Shown: positions 14,415 to 26,200 of the stretch, piece by piece
Layout: each line of letters opens with the position of its first letter
How positions within the stretch are numbered: the first letter of the stretch is position 1
Source of the DNA: Takakia lepidozioides
Taxonomy: Eukaryota > Plantae > Bryophyta
Reading direction: 5' to 3'
Length of the DNA: 64,000 nt
Assembly: GCA_030704615.1 (NCBI GenBank)
Contig: CM060733.1
Location: forward strand, 22,878,001 to 22,942,000
Notes under the pieces: generated by a model
Seen by the model: the letters and a program-made list of their open reading frames with translations, nothing else
Told to the model about the DNA's origin: nothing
Databases searched by the model: none
Program-made: the position numbers and the translations under genes

Positions 14415-14487
14415 TGGAGATGCGGGGTATCGATCCCCGTACCTCTCGCATGCTAAGCGAGCGCTCTACCATCTGAGCTACATCCCC
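14415..14487 (-). tRNA. trnA-AGC: tRNA-Ala (anticodon AGC)
   Basis: Minus strand reads GGGGATGTAGCTCAGATGGTAGAGCGCTCGCTTAGCATGCGAGAGGTACGGGGATCGATACCCCGCATCTCCA, 73 nt, the canonical plant cytosolic tRNA-Ala. Confidence 0.97.
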
Positions 14488-15508
14488 TACAAGAAAGCTG
14501 TCGGAAAAATTGTTCTATATCAGAAACCCCCTTCAGGTACATGTGCAGAATTTTTTCCTCCCAACAACTATGCATCCGTGATGTCCGAAAGAAATGCAGA
14601 AATGGAAGGAGGACAACATCATAAACTGTCAAAATAAAACCGATATTCAGCTTCTCGCACCCATTATGCAAATGCCATCTGCCAATTCTCATGAGACCTC
14701 TCAAATTCAGATGTGTACAGAATTCCCAGACTGGAGTAAGGACAGAGGATTGAGAGAGAGAGGGGAGACAGACTTATTCTCAAATTAATTCACTCATTGC
14801 TTGATGGTGCTGAAGACACAAGTGGTGAAGACAGGACATTCACTAGAGACTGCAGGGAAGATAGCATGGGTGTGAAAATACAAATGACTTCATGGACGAA
14901 AAGCAGCACCGTGACTGTCCTCCTTGGTATGGCTTGTCCTTCTTGGTCCCTCCAATGTATTCATCATTCCCATAAAATACATTCACTGCATACAAGCTAC
15001 AGAGTTCTAACAAGGTCTTTCAACCTAACATCTCAACTGCCAGGTATCAGAACCTCCAATCAACTTACTTTCTGGTCAGTGCTCCTACCCTCTAGCAATC
15101 AACAGCTGGAACTGAAATGTGACTCCGGCTTCACTCTCAGATCTTCAATTGGAACTGAGAGCTACATTAAGATGCAACGGCGGCCCTGGCCTCTCCGGAA
15201 ATATCCAACTTGTTGTTTCTCCTACTTTGTGGCGCTCTGCTCCCTTTCTCCTCCCCAGTCCCAAACTTTTAAGTGCCATGGGTTAAAAACCAGTTATTCA
15301 GAGGTGCATGTGATCTGTGATGCTGTTCCATTTGAGGTGGTCCAACCTCTAGGTTTAAACACCAATGCGCATGGAGTATACTATCCATAATTTGTACTTT
15401 CCTGAAAAAGGCCCTTCAGTGCCGTTTCCCCACTCCCTCCTCTCCTCTCCACAGAGGGTGTATATTTTTCCACCACTTGAGCTGTTAACGTAGGGGGAAA
15501 TAAGAAGT

Positions 15509-16681
15509 TCAATGGAAGCCAAATGAATGACGTGTTCGCCTCACAGTTCCTTTGTGGCCAGGGCTGTCATCATATGAGCTGTCACTGTCATCAGTGGCTG
15601 ACTGCCCTTTGGAAAGGCGCTGCAGCAGCCGCTCTTGGTTTTGTGCTTCTGTGCGTAGCGTTCGAGGGTCCCTGCCTGCCGCTTTCCTTTCCTGCATACA
15701 GAACATGTGGTAAGAAAAACTAAAATGCAACCCTGATATCTGCTACATACCCGAAAGCTTCCAGGGAATACACAGCCATGACAACAACTTCCAGAGGAAA
15801 GTACCCTCAGGCCTGTAGTTTGTACATTTCACACATAGTTACCCAATGTGCAACAGGTCCCTTACCTACCTTCCCTCAATATGAAATGGTTGTCTGCCCC
15901 AGAAGACCATCTGGTCCAAATGCTTCACAAGTCTATCCCTCGCTGAGTCCCTGGACCCTGGGCCTCTTTCATATAGCTCATCAGCCAAGTTGAATGGGAA
16001 CCTGTATTTGGAAGTCCTAGTCACAGGTAAATTTGATGGGATAATGCTCATCTTGATTGTTCACAAAAAAGGGTGCTAATTGTTTGCTGAAGACAGATCA
16101 GTGGGAGTTCTCACCATTTACTACTACAAGTCTGTTAGGAGTCTGCTATGTGACCACGTAGAAGATGAGGGTTGGTCTTCTACCTCGTCTTCTACTCTAT
16201 AATGATGTACTAGAGGGGCAACAATGAGTTGACACCTCCACCAGCTGAAGTGGAAACTGCACAGCCTTTATTCGTCTCCTTTTTTATCTGCTGCCGCAAT
16301 TGCCATAGTCCAGAAATGGCAAACATCCAACAGGACTTATGCATTTCAAAAAGGGCCATCCTTGATCCATGACCATATGAGAATCCAGATTGACACTGCA
16401 CGTGGTGGCAAAATGTGCAGGTTGGATACTACCCAAGATACGGTTGGGCTTTTAATGAAATGAAGTTTTACCTAACGGAAGGGGAACTCCTCAGCCTCCA
16501 GCATGTGCACAACATGTCCCATCTTCGGCCGCTTCTGTGCATCAGGATCCACACAGCGCAGACCCACAAGCAGTGCTCGTTTGGGTGCACGTGATGTTGG
16601 CTTCACTTCCATCCTAAGATCCGCCACATCTTCAGAGCGCCCCTTCCCCACCATTAGCTTTAACCAGTCCACTAGATTGAT
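15509..16681 (-). pseudogene. Orphan last two exons (16681-16472, 15691-15509) of a receptor-like cytoplasmic Ser/Thr kinase (RLCK-V / At1g01540-like)
   Basis: INLVDWLKLMVG...RALLVGLRCVDPDAQKRPKMGHVVHMLEAEEFPFR is kinase subdomains X-XI. An in-frame TAG sits immediately before the GT donor. The last exon begins ERK after an AG. No upstream kinase exons were found before the next gene. Confidence 0.8.
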
Positions 16682-17202
16682 CTGCGCCAGCCAGCCAGTC
16701 AACCACAATATCAGTCCCTGGCAAGATTTCATGGGGTTGTCTCAAATTTCAGGGATTTCATGCAACGAAAAAAAGCCTGGTTCATAGAAACACATCCAGG
16801 ACGACTTGCTGAGCAAACTTTGACACCTCATTCATTACCAGAGCATCCCCACAGCTTGCCCACAAAGAGATCGCAACTTCTGAGCATTGCAGAACAAAAT
16901 ACTCCCTTCAAAAATCAAGCGACCACAAGATCTCACTTCGACTCTTGAATCCAACCCCAGTACCGAGTAACTTGGCATGACAAGGTACAACTATTTAATG
17001 GGTTTCCAGCTCCCCCGACTCTATTCTACTAATCAGGTGTAGTCCTGAAATTCTGTTGTATGCATTTCTCCCATTAGCTCTTGGTACTTTTTTTCGTTAA
17101 CAGGTCTATCTAAGTTGTCTGTTTCCGTCTATAAGCCTTTGACAGCGCCCTCGAGAACTCATTTTTGGTTTTCTCGGGCAGTCCGGGCAGGTTCCAAACA
17201 AA

Positions 17203-17260
17203 TTGACGTTGATGACGTGGTGACGAAACGTGGCAGAGATGACGTGGCGACGATGACGTG
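17203..17260 (+). promoter_or_regulatory. Cluster of TGACG/TGACGTGG (bZIP-type) motifs upstream of PIG-Y
   Basis: TGACGT 17204, TGACGTGG 17213, TGACG 17221, ACGTGG 17228, TGACGTGG 17240, TGACGTG 17254, about 180-230 bp before the ATG. Confidence 0.45.
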
Positions 17261-17434
17261 TTACTATGGCACCCTATTCCCGCTCTACGCTAAAACTAGT
17301 CTCCGACCTTCAGTCGTCACTCGAATATGTCGTATGCAGTATAAAGAGAATGCATCGTGTGCTAAGGGAATCTGAGCTCCAAGACGGCAGTCTCTCAAGC
17401 GGGTGACGAGGAGGACATCTGCACACACAGGACC

Positions 17435-18147
17435 ATGGACGCGAGGCCTGGAACTGCGCTCTTCCGTCTGCCATCGCTGGCTCCGAGACCTCGGGCACCG
17501 CCCAATGTGCTGTTGGGGTGGGGCGCATGTCTTATTGTTACGGGCGTGCTGGCCATCTGTCTAACTCTTTATGCAACTCTCATTTCCAAGCTTCTACCGC
17601 CTTCTGGCATCCCTCTTCTGGATGCCATCCGCAGTGACTGGTATGTATTCAGCGTTGTGCACATTGTAGAGGTAGGGAGGGGTCATAATCGCAGTATTGC
17701 ATCAAGAACAAATCCTTCTGCCTTTGATTCCGGAACTCACCTGCAGGGGAAGGTTTTTAGGTCAAAAAGTCCAAGAATTTGGCGGTTTCTATGACCATCC
17801 TTTATCCTTCCAGATGGAACAAGGTTCTAGCTGTACCGACTCAAAGTATTCTGCCCACCTTTAATTCGTGTGCGAATGGACATCCAGCAGTAACACCGAA
17901 ATGTATTTGAGCAATAGTTTGAAAACTGGAGAATTTTCACAGAGATAAGGGAAGACAAGATCAGGCATCCCATTTGCTCTCTGGGTAGAGGGTTGGTCGT
18001 GTGTCGAGTTCAAATCGATCTCCTGAGAGGAGAAAGGGGCACGAGGGGCGCAGGTACTACAGTCTGGTGGTGCCACTCACAGGACCTGTAATTCTTGTCA
18101 CGGTCTATTGCCATTGGCTGAGCATGAAGCTCTTTAAACATGCATAA
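17435..18147 (+). CDS. PIG-Y: Phosphatidylinositol N-acetylglucosaminyltransferase subunit Y (GPI-GnT), 99 aa, exons 17435-17640 and 18054-18147
   Basis: The spliced product ends ...ISKLLPPSGIPLLDAIRSDWYYSLVVPLTGPVILVTVYCHWLSMKLFKHA*, the plant PIG-Y signature. Two hydrophobic helices. GT-AG intron in phase 2. Confidence 0.9.
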
Positions 18148-20286
18148 CTTCCTATGCTACTATTCTACAATCATGGGGAAAAAATAAGCGATCCATATAG
18201 AAGCTCAATCACGTGGAGAGAAAAACTTGAAGGTGCAGATGACAAGTGCTATCAACGTTACCGGGCTCGCTAGGCCCTAAGGGCTTGTGGCCTGCCCGTT
18301 CCACTCCAAGGAAATTCAAAATGTCATGGAGAACCCAAACGATCATGAACTTCAAAGATGTTATTGAAGTTGTTTCCGACTTTCATAAATTCTTTGCAGG
18401 TTTCAGTGGATGGTTCTTAATCTCTTCTGTAAGGGAACAGATACCCACCAATTGAGGACATTGACTTCCCGCTTCCCTTTTCTAAGCCAGGTCAGAACCA
18501 GTTACCAATGAAAACTTGAACACTGGATATGAAACAAAAAATATTGCTGCATTTTGCTACCATGATTAATGTTTTCCTCAATAAGCATAATCGAATATAT
18601 AAATGGGGCATGCCCCAGCTGAGATTGGTACTGATGGCTAGACAGATTGAAAACGACAGTAATCAAGGTCGGCATGAGGAAGAATGTGTAATTGCAGTGG
18701 AGAACTTGCTGCAGAATTCTAAGAGAAGCTCAGTTGGCCTGCCTTTCCCATTCTACTTTCAGTTAACTGCCTCGTGGAGCACTGGTATCCATAGTTATGT
18801 CCACCTCGGATGTGGCATGATTTCTCGGGTTCACTCCTGCTTTAGAAACTGGAACTGGACCTGGTGCACCAGTTTGACGAATACTAGTAAGTGATCAGGC
18901 TTCATGAGATTTACCCAATACTGCTGGGTGATGGATGACTTTCCATGAGGTTGGACTGGCTGTCAGGTGGCTATCTTCCAGGGTGTGGGTCAACCAACCC
19001 CGGTGGCGTGCATGACATGGTGGAGAGGGGGTGTACATTGGAAGTATGGCCTAATTTCTCACCGTTTAAGTCCGAGTTGACCCGTCTGCTGAAAGCATCT
19101 TTCCACCACCTCACCCAAGTACTGGTTATACTCATATGGGTTCTGATGAGCTTTTTTCCCTGCTGTTCTAAGGAACACTTTAGCCTTGCTTCTGGTGGTT
19201 TGTGTTGTAAGACAGGGTTTATGGGCAAATTCACTCTCGAGCAACTGCCTTGCAGCCAGGCCTGAAAAATTATGCGTAATTACTTCATTTAATCGCGAAA
19301 AACCCATTGAGGTTCAATACGAAAGACCTCCATGCTGCAAGTTGTGGGGATCTGGTTTTCCTCATCCAAAACTCTTGGGTTCATTGTTGGTTAACGCCTA
19401 TTGGTGCAGCTTCACATGACTATCTTCCATCTCCTGAAGTTGTAAGTGGACTCGAGTACCATTGTGGTCTACTGTCACTAGTGCATGGGGAAACAATGTT
19501 GGTTGCCATGTCTGGTCCTGGCTGCTGTCATGTGACAACTGAACATCAAAAATGTCCGGCATTGGCAATCTTTTCTTCTGAAAGAAACACCCAATGCAAT
19601 GTTGCTGGTTCTATCGCTTTTAGATTTCACCTTGATGTTTCCCAACACCTTTCTCATTACTATTACTCCCCATCTTGTGAGGCTCAATTATCCAACAAGT
19701 TGTTTCCCTCCAGAATTCCATGTTACAATATTACTCGATGCCTCATTCTGCTGATTTCTGCTCATTTGGGAATTACTGCACCAGGATACAGAAGCTTAAA
19801 TGATTCACACTGCCCTAGATCCCCCTCAATTGGTTGATTGGTGTCTTAAGGGGTCTGCATCTTCTGGTGCAGATTTAAGTTCGCCCATGTTGATTGGAAA
19901 ATATAAGGAAGAAATCTTGTTGGCTCCTATAGGAAGTATTTCAATGAAGCCACGCCACCCAACAGATCAGTTTCCAAGGTTGATGTAATCATGAAAAGAA
20001 TTTGATCAGGTGATGGAACCTTACACAACCTTTCACACTGTGTGTGTCGGAGGACCTTATACAGCGAAATCCAAAGAATGAGAGACGAGAAATTAGAATA
20101 TACATAATTGCAAGAATCTGTGCTCTCTCAATCTATGACTAAGTGTAGTAGCTAGGCAGAAAGTTATGAAATCTCTGACTGTGAATTGACACCCCATATA
20201 GTTCATTCAAGCTTGTGTAGGAAAAAACCCCACATTGAAAGATAAGGTTCTGTGAACAATGCATTCACTGGCTATGATGTATTCAC

Positions 20287-23200
20287 CTAGAGAGCAGTAG
20301 CATTGGTGTGAGTCACTTCTGAGTTTTGAGAGACTCCTGCATTCTGCTGCACAGTGATTGCCAGATGTAGCATGCCTGTATTCACATTTCTGAGGGGTAA
20401 CGAAATTTTGTTCCGTTTTCCATCTTGGTAACTGTTGATGAGCACCACACAATACCTGTCAAAATCCAAGAGGGCAGCAGTCTGTGGTGGTGGTTAACAA
20501 AAGTGAAACTATTAGCTAGTGCGGTTCCAGAAAAGACATTCCACTCTCCCTTCACATTGTCCGAATTACTCTTTGTCAGGCATTTAGGAGGTTTCATAGG
20601 ATGTAAAAGCTCAAAAAACAAAGTTATTTGGAAGAACTTGCTATTGTAGAACTTGCAATGAACCAAGCTTCAATGTGGAAAATAGAGGGTGAGACAGACC
20701 CGAGTGCATTGTCATGGAAGGGATCTTTGTCGCGCACATGCAAAAAGAGCAGGTTGGGAAGTCCCCAACTTATGATTGGCAACCGAAACTTCTCATTCCA
20801 GTTTGGGTTCAGAGTCTTCCACTGTACAGTAGTTATGATTTTCGTCGTCCCTAATGAACCCTTCACAAATGGGTCAGACAGTCCTGCACAATGGTCACGT
20901 GCCTCTCAGAGATAGCTATATTTGACATCCAAAAAAGGTTCTATTTGAGGTGAAAACAGTTGGATTCTTTCAGCTACATTCACCTTAGTTCATAAGCTTG
21001 GAATTTTCTTCAGTCTGCTGTCAGTTACAGTAGATAGGGAGTTGCTTTCACTTTGGAACAGCCAACAGTGCAACATTGGTCAGCTGAACACCCAGCATGC
21101 CTTTGTCACCAGTCCTCCTGCTTCGTCAGTTTACTTCAGCCCTGATTTGTAACTGTTCTTTCTGGAACTGTGTTGGAAGAGAAGAAAATTGTATTGCGAC
21201 CACGCGAGGCTTAATGGACAGTACAGCAACAAGAGATAAACTAAAAGAGTGTATTAAACCCTAAATGGAAGTGACTTGTATCCACAGGAAGCTAATGGGA
21301 CAACAAGGCGAGAGAACAGAGACAGAAAAACTAAAACTAAAACTTCATAACATCCACAGGAAGAGGAAGAAATTTATTTCACTCCACAGGAGACCCAGAG
21401 AGGGCCGATGGGACCCAGAGAAAACAGAGAAATTTACTACCTCCATAGGGAACCCAGAGAATGTACTCCAAGACGTTGTTTGCCGTTTGTGGCCATAGAC
21501 CCCACACCCAAAAGGGACTTTTGAGGGGCTCACTCCGGTAGTTGGACTTAACTTGATAGAGACAGAGTTGGGGTTTTCCAGATATCCTCTAGACAGCCCT
21601 TCACACAAGCATCAACTTGCTGTATGTGAGCTGCCCAGCAATTAGACCCAACAGGGCCAAGGTTTTAGGCTCAGCCTCAAGTTTTTCAAAGTTGGTGAAC
21701 AGAGGTGCAGGGACAATATTCTTGATGGTCCTGAAGAGGGTCACTCTCTGGTGAGAATATCCCGGACAATGTATCAGAAAATGGATATTGTCTTCAGGCT
21801 GCCCGCACATTCAGTGTAGTGCTGACGGTAGGTAGGCCCTTTAGATCATCCTTAAGGTCCTCGGCCCTGCTGGGAACAAGTTCAGGGAAATTTCATGCCT
21901 AACTTCATTTTCATCGGACAGCCTGTGCGTATCAGACATGGCTTTGGACACAACCCCCTCCAGGTCAGCTTCATCTAGTAGGGTCAATTCTTCTGGACTA
22001 ATATTCAGACAGTAGGGTCAATCTCATCTACCCTTTTCTACCAAGACTTGGCCTGTTTCACAGGACGGTCTTGCTTCCAAGAGATAGCGTCGATGATATC
22101 TGGCATCAGGCATGCGATTCAACTGATCCCACCATCTGACCTTCAATTCATCACATCGAGAGCTTAAGGGAGGTATCCCCAAACTCGCCCCGAACAGCCA
22201 CATGAGCTGTTCTAGAACAAGCCGACATGCTTTCTTTGAGCACCCTGACCTGAAGGATTCAAGAGATTTAGCATGGTTAAAATTGTCGACCCACATAGTA
22301 GATGCGTACTCCAAGGCCGGCCTAATAACATTGCAAAGCATGGTCCGTTTAACTTCAGGATGAATCCTCTGATATGGTGAGACCCAAAGCTTTGCTATTA
22401 GCTGATTGAATCACTTCTTGTATATGCACTTCCCAGCTACTGTTGGAGGGAAACTCAACAACAATATATGTGTTGGGAACCCAGAGAGAGAAGAAGAATG
22501 ATGAACTAGATGCAGGCAAGGCCTGGAGGAGTGTCAATTCGAAGTAGAAAGGAAAGAAATGAAAGTTTATATTCCCATCAATCTGAATAACCACAGGAAG
22601 AGAGATCTTGAACACTTCAACTCACCATTGCGGTCGGAGGCCTGTAGTTGTGTACCCTTCAGAATTTCCACCAGTACAGTTGCGACAGGCTGTTTCTTGT
22701 GTACATTCCCTGTTGCACCCACAGAGCACTGCCTGTTGCATTTTCCCCAGATTTTTGGAACCCTACTTTCTCAAATTTGTATTTGATGTGTCCCAATATA
22801 CATGCTCCTTGAACCCAAAGCATGATGTTCAGCTAATTTAGCCCTTCATCTTACAAACATGTCATGTTTATGAGAGGTGAGTATAGGTCCTACCATCTGT
22901 GGGTCCCTTAGGCGGGTGGGGATTCAACACATTGTTCACAAGCTTCTCCACATCAATTAACAGCATGTTTGGCTGCACCATCGCAAGAGCACTTGACTCG
23001 TCATTTATGCATTACGATCAAAAAAGGTTGGTCTTGGATTATCCAAAACCTTATTTGCAACAGTTGGGTCCTATCGGAGGGGTCAAAACAAGTAGACAAA
23101 AATCATTGTACACGAGAGAAGACAAGGTGGACACACCCCTCCAGACGTGTCAGAGGTGTTTAGAAGTCTCTGTCACTGTCTTCCAAGATCTATGCATCTT

Positions 23201-26200
23201 GTTTGACTCTCTCTATTTCTCCCTTCCCTTTCTGTATATAGGGAGGTGGTCAGTCACCAGCTATGGAGATTGCAACAATCTTTGATTTCTCTCTAAAAGG
23301 CAAGACATCATATCAAGTTATAAGTTTCCCAAATCCTGAAGGATTAACTCCAAGAAGCCGATCAAAGGTGTGAGTTTGTTGCCTGTGCCTTGTGTTCAAA
23401 GAGCATCTACATACTATCAAGGCACGGGGAAGAGCTTACGGGCTATTTAACCTCCAGCAGCACAGATACCAAAGGTCAAACTCGCATGAATACCCTCTTC
23501 TGTAGTGATTACTGGTGTGGCAGGAGAGTGTAACAAATAACCTTATAAAGCAGTCATGTCAATGGATGCTCCCAACTGATCAAATACGCATACCTCTACA
23601 AGAGACTGCTCCAAGGCATCCACCAATAATTTGTCCTGTGGTAACCCACCACAAAGCCCCACAAGAGCCTTAATTTTGTTCTAAACTTCAAAACTGAAGG
23701 AAAGAGTGTGCTTGCCAGACATACATGTCAAGCTTGGCAACAAGAATCCTGTAGGCTACAGTTCTGTTGCATTGCCAAAATGCCTAGCGTCTTTCATGAA
23801 TGACACACAGTTATGCTGAAAAGCTGTACTGACCATACCAGCCATCCGGCAATTCCAGGAACCACCGCCATATCAACACCATGATGGGAGAGAGGACGGG
23901 CAGTCATGTGAATCAAGGGTGGCTTGGCAAAGCAGAGGCGGATGCGGCCTATGATTGGCCATCCCTCCATAAACCTGACTCCTACTGTCACCTACAATAG
24001 TGTGTCAATGATATAAGCAATTAGCACTCGAGCTGCTACCAGGTCTCAAAGGGTTTTTATGTCCTTCCCCTAGAAACTTAGCACCTATAATTACTCAATC
24101 CTCCAGCCGCACCAGGGTGGACGTAGTAAATGACCTCCAAAGTAATTCTGCATGAATTCAAAGCAAGGACCATCTTCAATGTGGCTACAGCTTCACTGTT
24201 GGACAATCTGTTGGAAAGCTAGCATAGAGCTCCAAAGTAGGGGAAAGCTGTAGGCATTACTGTCCCCTCAAGCCGTAATTTTGAGATGTAAGAACTGAAC
24301 CAGAGCCCAAAGCCAAGGCGGCGACGCATTTGCACAGTGAGCACAGCACTCATGTCCTCCCCTGCCAGAAACTCTATAGCCACCTTCATTACCTGCAAAT
24401 TCTCCCCACAGATCAGCCTTGGAAATTGGGAACTTCAATCTATTGATTTCCAGCTGTCCTATCTGATAATTGCAAAAGTGGTCTCTACTGACAACCGCTT
24501 TAATTCAGGTGAATCTACAAACAGTTTTCTTTGGAACTCCCCAGCATTGGATGAAGGAATTCATGAGAAAAAGAGGCTCTGTTATGATTTACTTTTCAGA
24601 CCCTTGAACTCTGCACCCAGGTGATTATGGAGTGCTTAAGCCTGAGATTCATAACACGGTGGACATAACCCCTCAACCAGCTCCAGAAGGGATATCCACA
24701 CTCGGACTATGCCTTCAAGGGTACATTATAGCCAGTTGTCAAAGGGAAACCGTCCATGAGTGCAGCTTCTCTGAAAATATCAAATTTGAACAAGAGGACT
24801 ACCAAGTGATCACCATCCATGGGCTTGTCCAAGATTTGTATCATAGTGCACATTGGTGGATTCTTCCCCAAATCAAGGTGCTGCAAGAACACTTTTCTCT
24901 GTCACCAATCCCACTGTCAGTTGAGATCCATCTAGGTTTAACTTCAATCTCAGAAGAATCACTGCAGGCAAGTTGTTACAAACAACGAAAATGAGCACAG
25001 AACTAAGTGAGCATTCACTGTACATCAAAGCTAAGACCGGCCAAAATTCATCAGCCATGCTTCCGTGACAAACAACCACAGTTTGTATTGCGAACTAATG
25101 GAAGTTGAAATCACAAATATATGCAAGTGACACTAAGAAGAATGAAATCTGTAATGCTGACATGCTACAGATCCCTGGAGAAACAAGACACAGTTTGACA
25201 AAAAACAGCCTGGACTAAAATCAGCTTCAGCAGAGATGAGAAGGGTTGTGTACCACGGGCCAGGGTTTATACGTGTTCAGAAACCATGGCGAAATGGGAA
25301 GCAGGAAAATCTGTGAGGTGAAGTTTTCAAGGCAGATTGGCCACATGCTTCCCAGAGCTAGATTCAGCCATTGCACCGTTTCTCCTTCTGAAAGCTGCAG
25401 TTTGCTGCAATAGTCAGGATAAACTCTCACAAGAATGGCAAAAGAAGAGAAAGGAACAGATGTGTTCGCTGGTTGAGATAGGCTATGGGCTGTGCCATAT
25501 TATTGAGAGGACTGACAAGAGGAGCGCAGAGATAGGTGTCCCTGCAAGGAGGAGTGAGAAAGAAAGAAAGAAGAAACTACAAAGCTCAAACACACAATGA
25601 AGAAGAAATTTTTTACATCCATGGGACCCAGAGTGATTAGGCAGTCACCCCATTGTTCAGGTTGTTGCTATGGTACACCAATGCAAACAAGTCAGTCCCT
25701 AAGTAACTTTGAGTCCTCTGCTGGGGGCGAGGAATCTTGTCAGAGTTCATTTGTCATGCCTGTGTGCCCATAGACCCCTGCTCCCATAAAGCAGGAAAGA
25801 AGGGGAGGGGGACAGGAGGAGACCAGGGACCATTACAGATTGTTGGAGGGTCATATGGCCTCCGTGATTTTCTCAAGAAAGCTCTTTGACATAGAATTAA
25901 TTTGATGCAGTTATTCACCCCGTGATTTAGACCCAAGAAGGGAACATCTTTTGGAATTTTATCAACTTCAAAATGGGGAAAAATTTCCACTAACAGTCTT
26001 CTTGGATCTTTCAAAAGGACCTCTCATTAAGTCTACAATGCACAGACGATGTTAGCTGTCCTCACCATCATGCCAACAGTCGGACGAGTGGATCAAACGT
26101 TTCCCAGCTGTTCGACTTACTGGACAGAGGCACAGGAATATACTCTCAGTTTAAAACTTCAGTCTGCCACCCAGTTTGGGCTGGTTAGTCCTTTTGTCAC

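Noticed and set aside
14797-15390. 197-aa ORF next to the tRNA
   Set aside because: Non-ATG start, no recognisable domain, and antisense to the likely 3' UTR of the kinase fragment.
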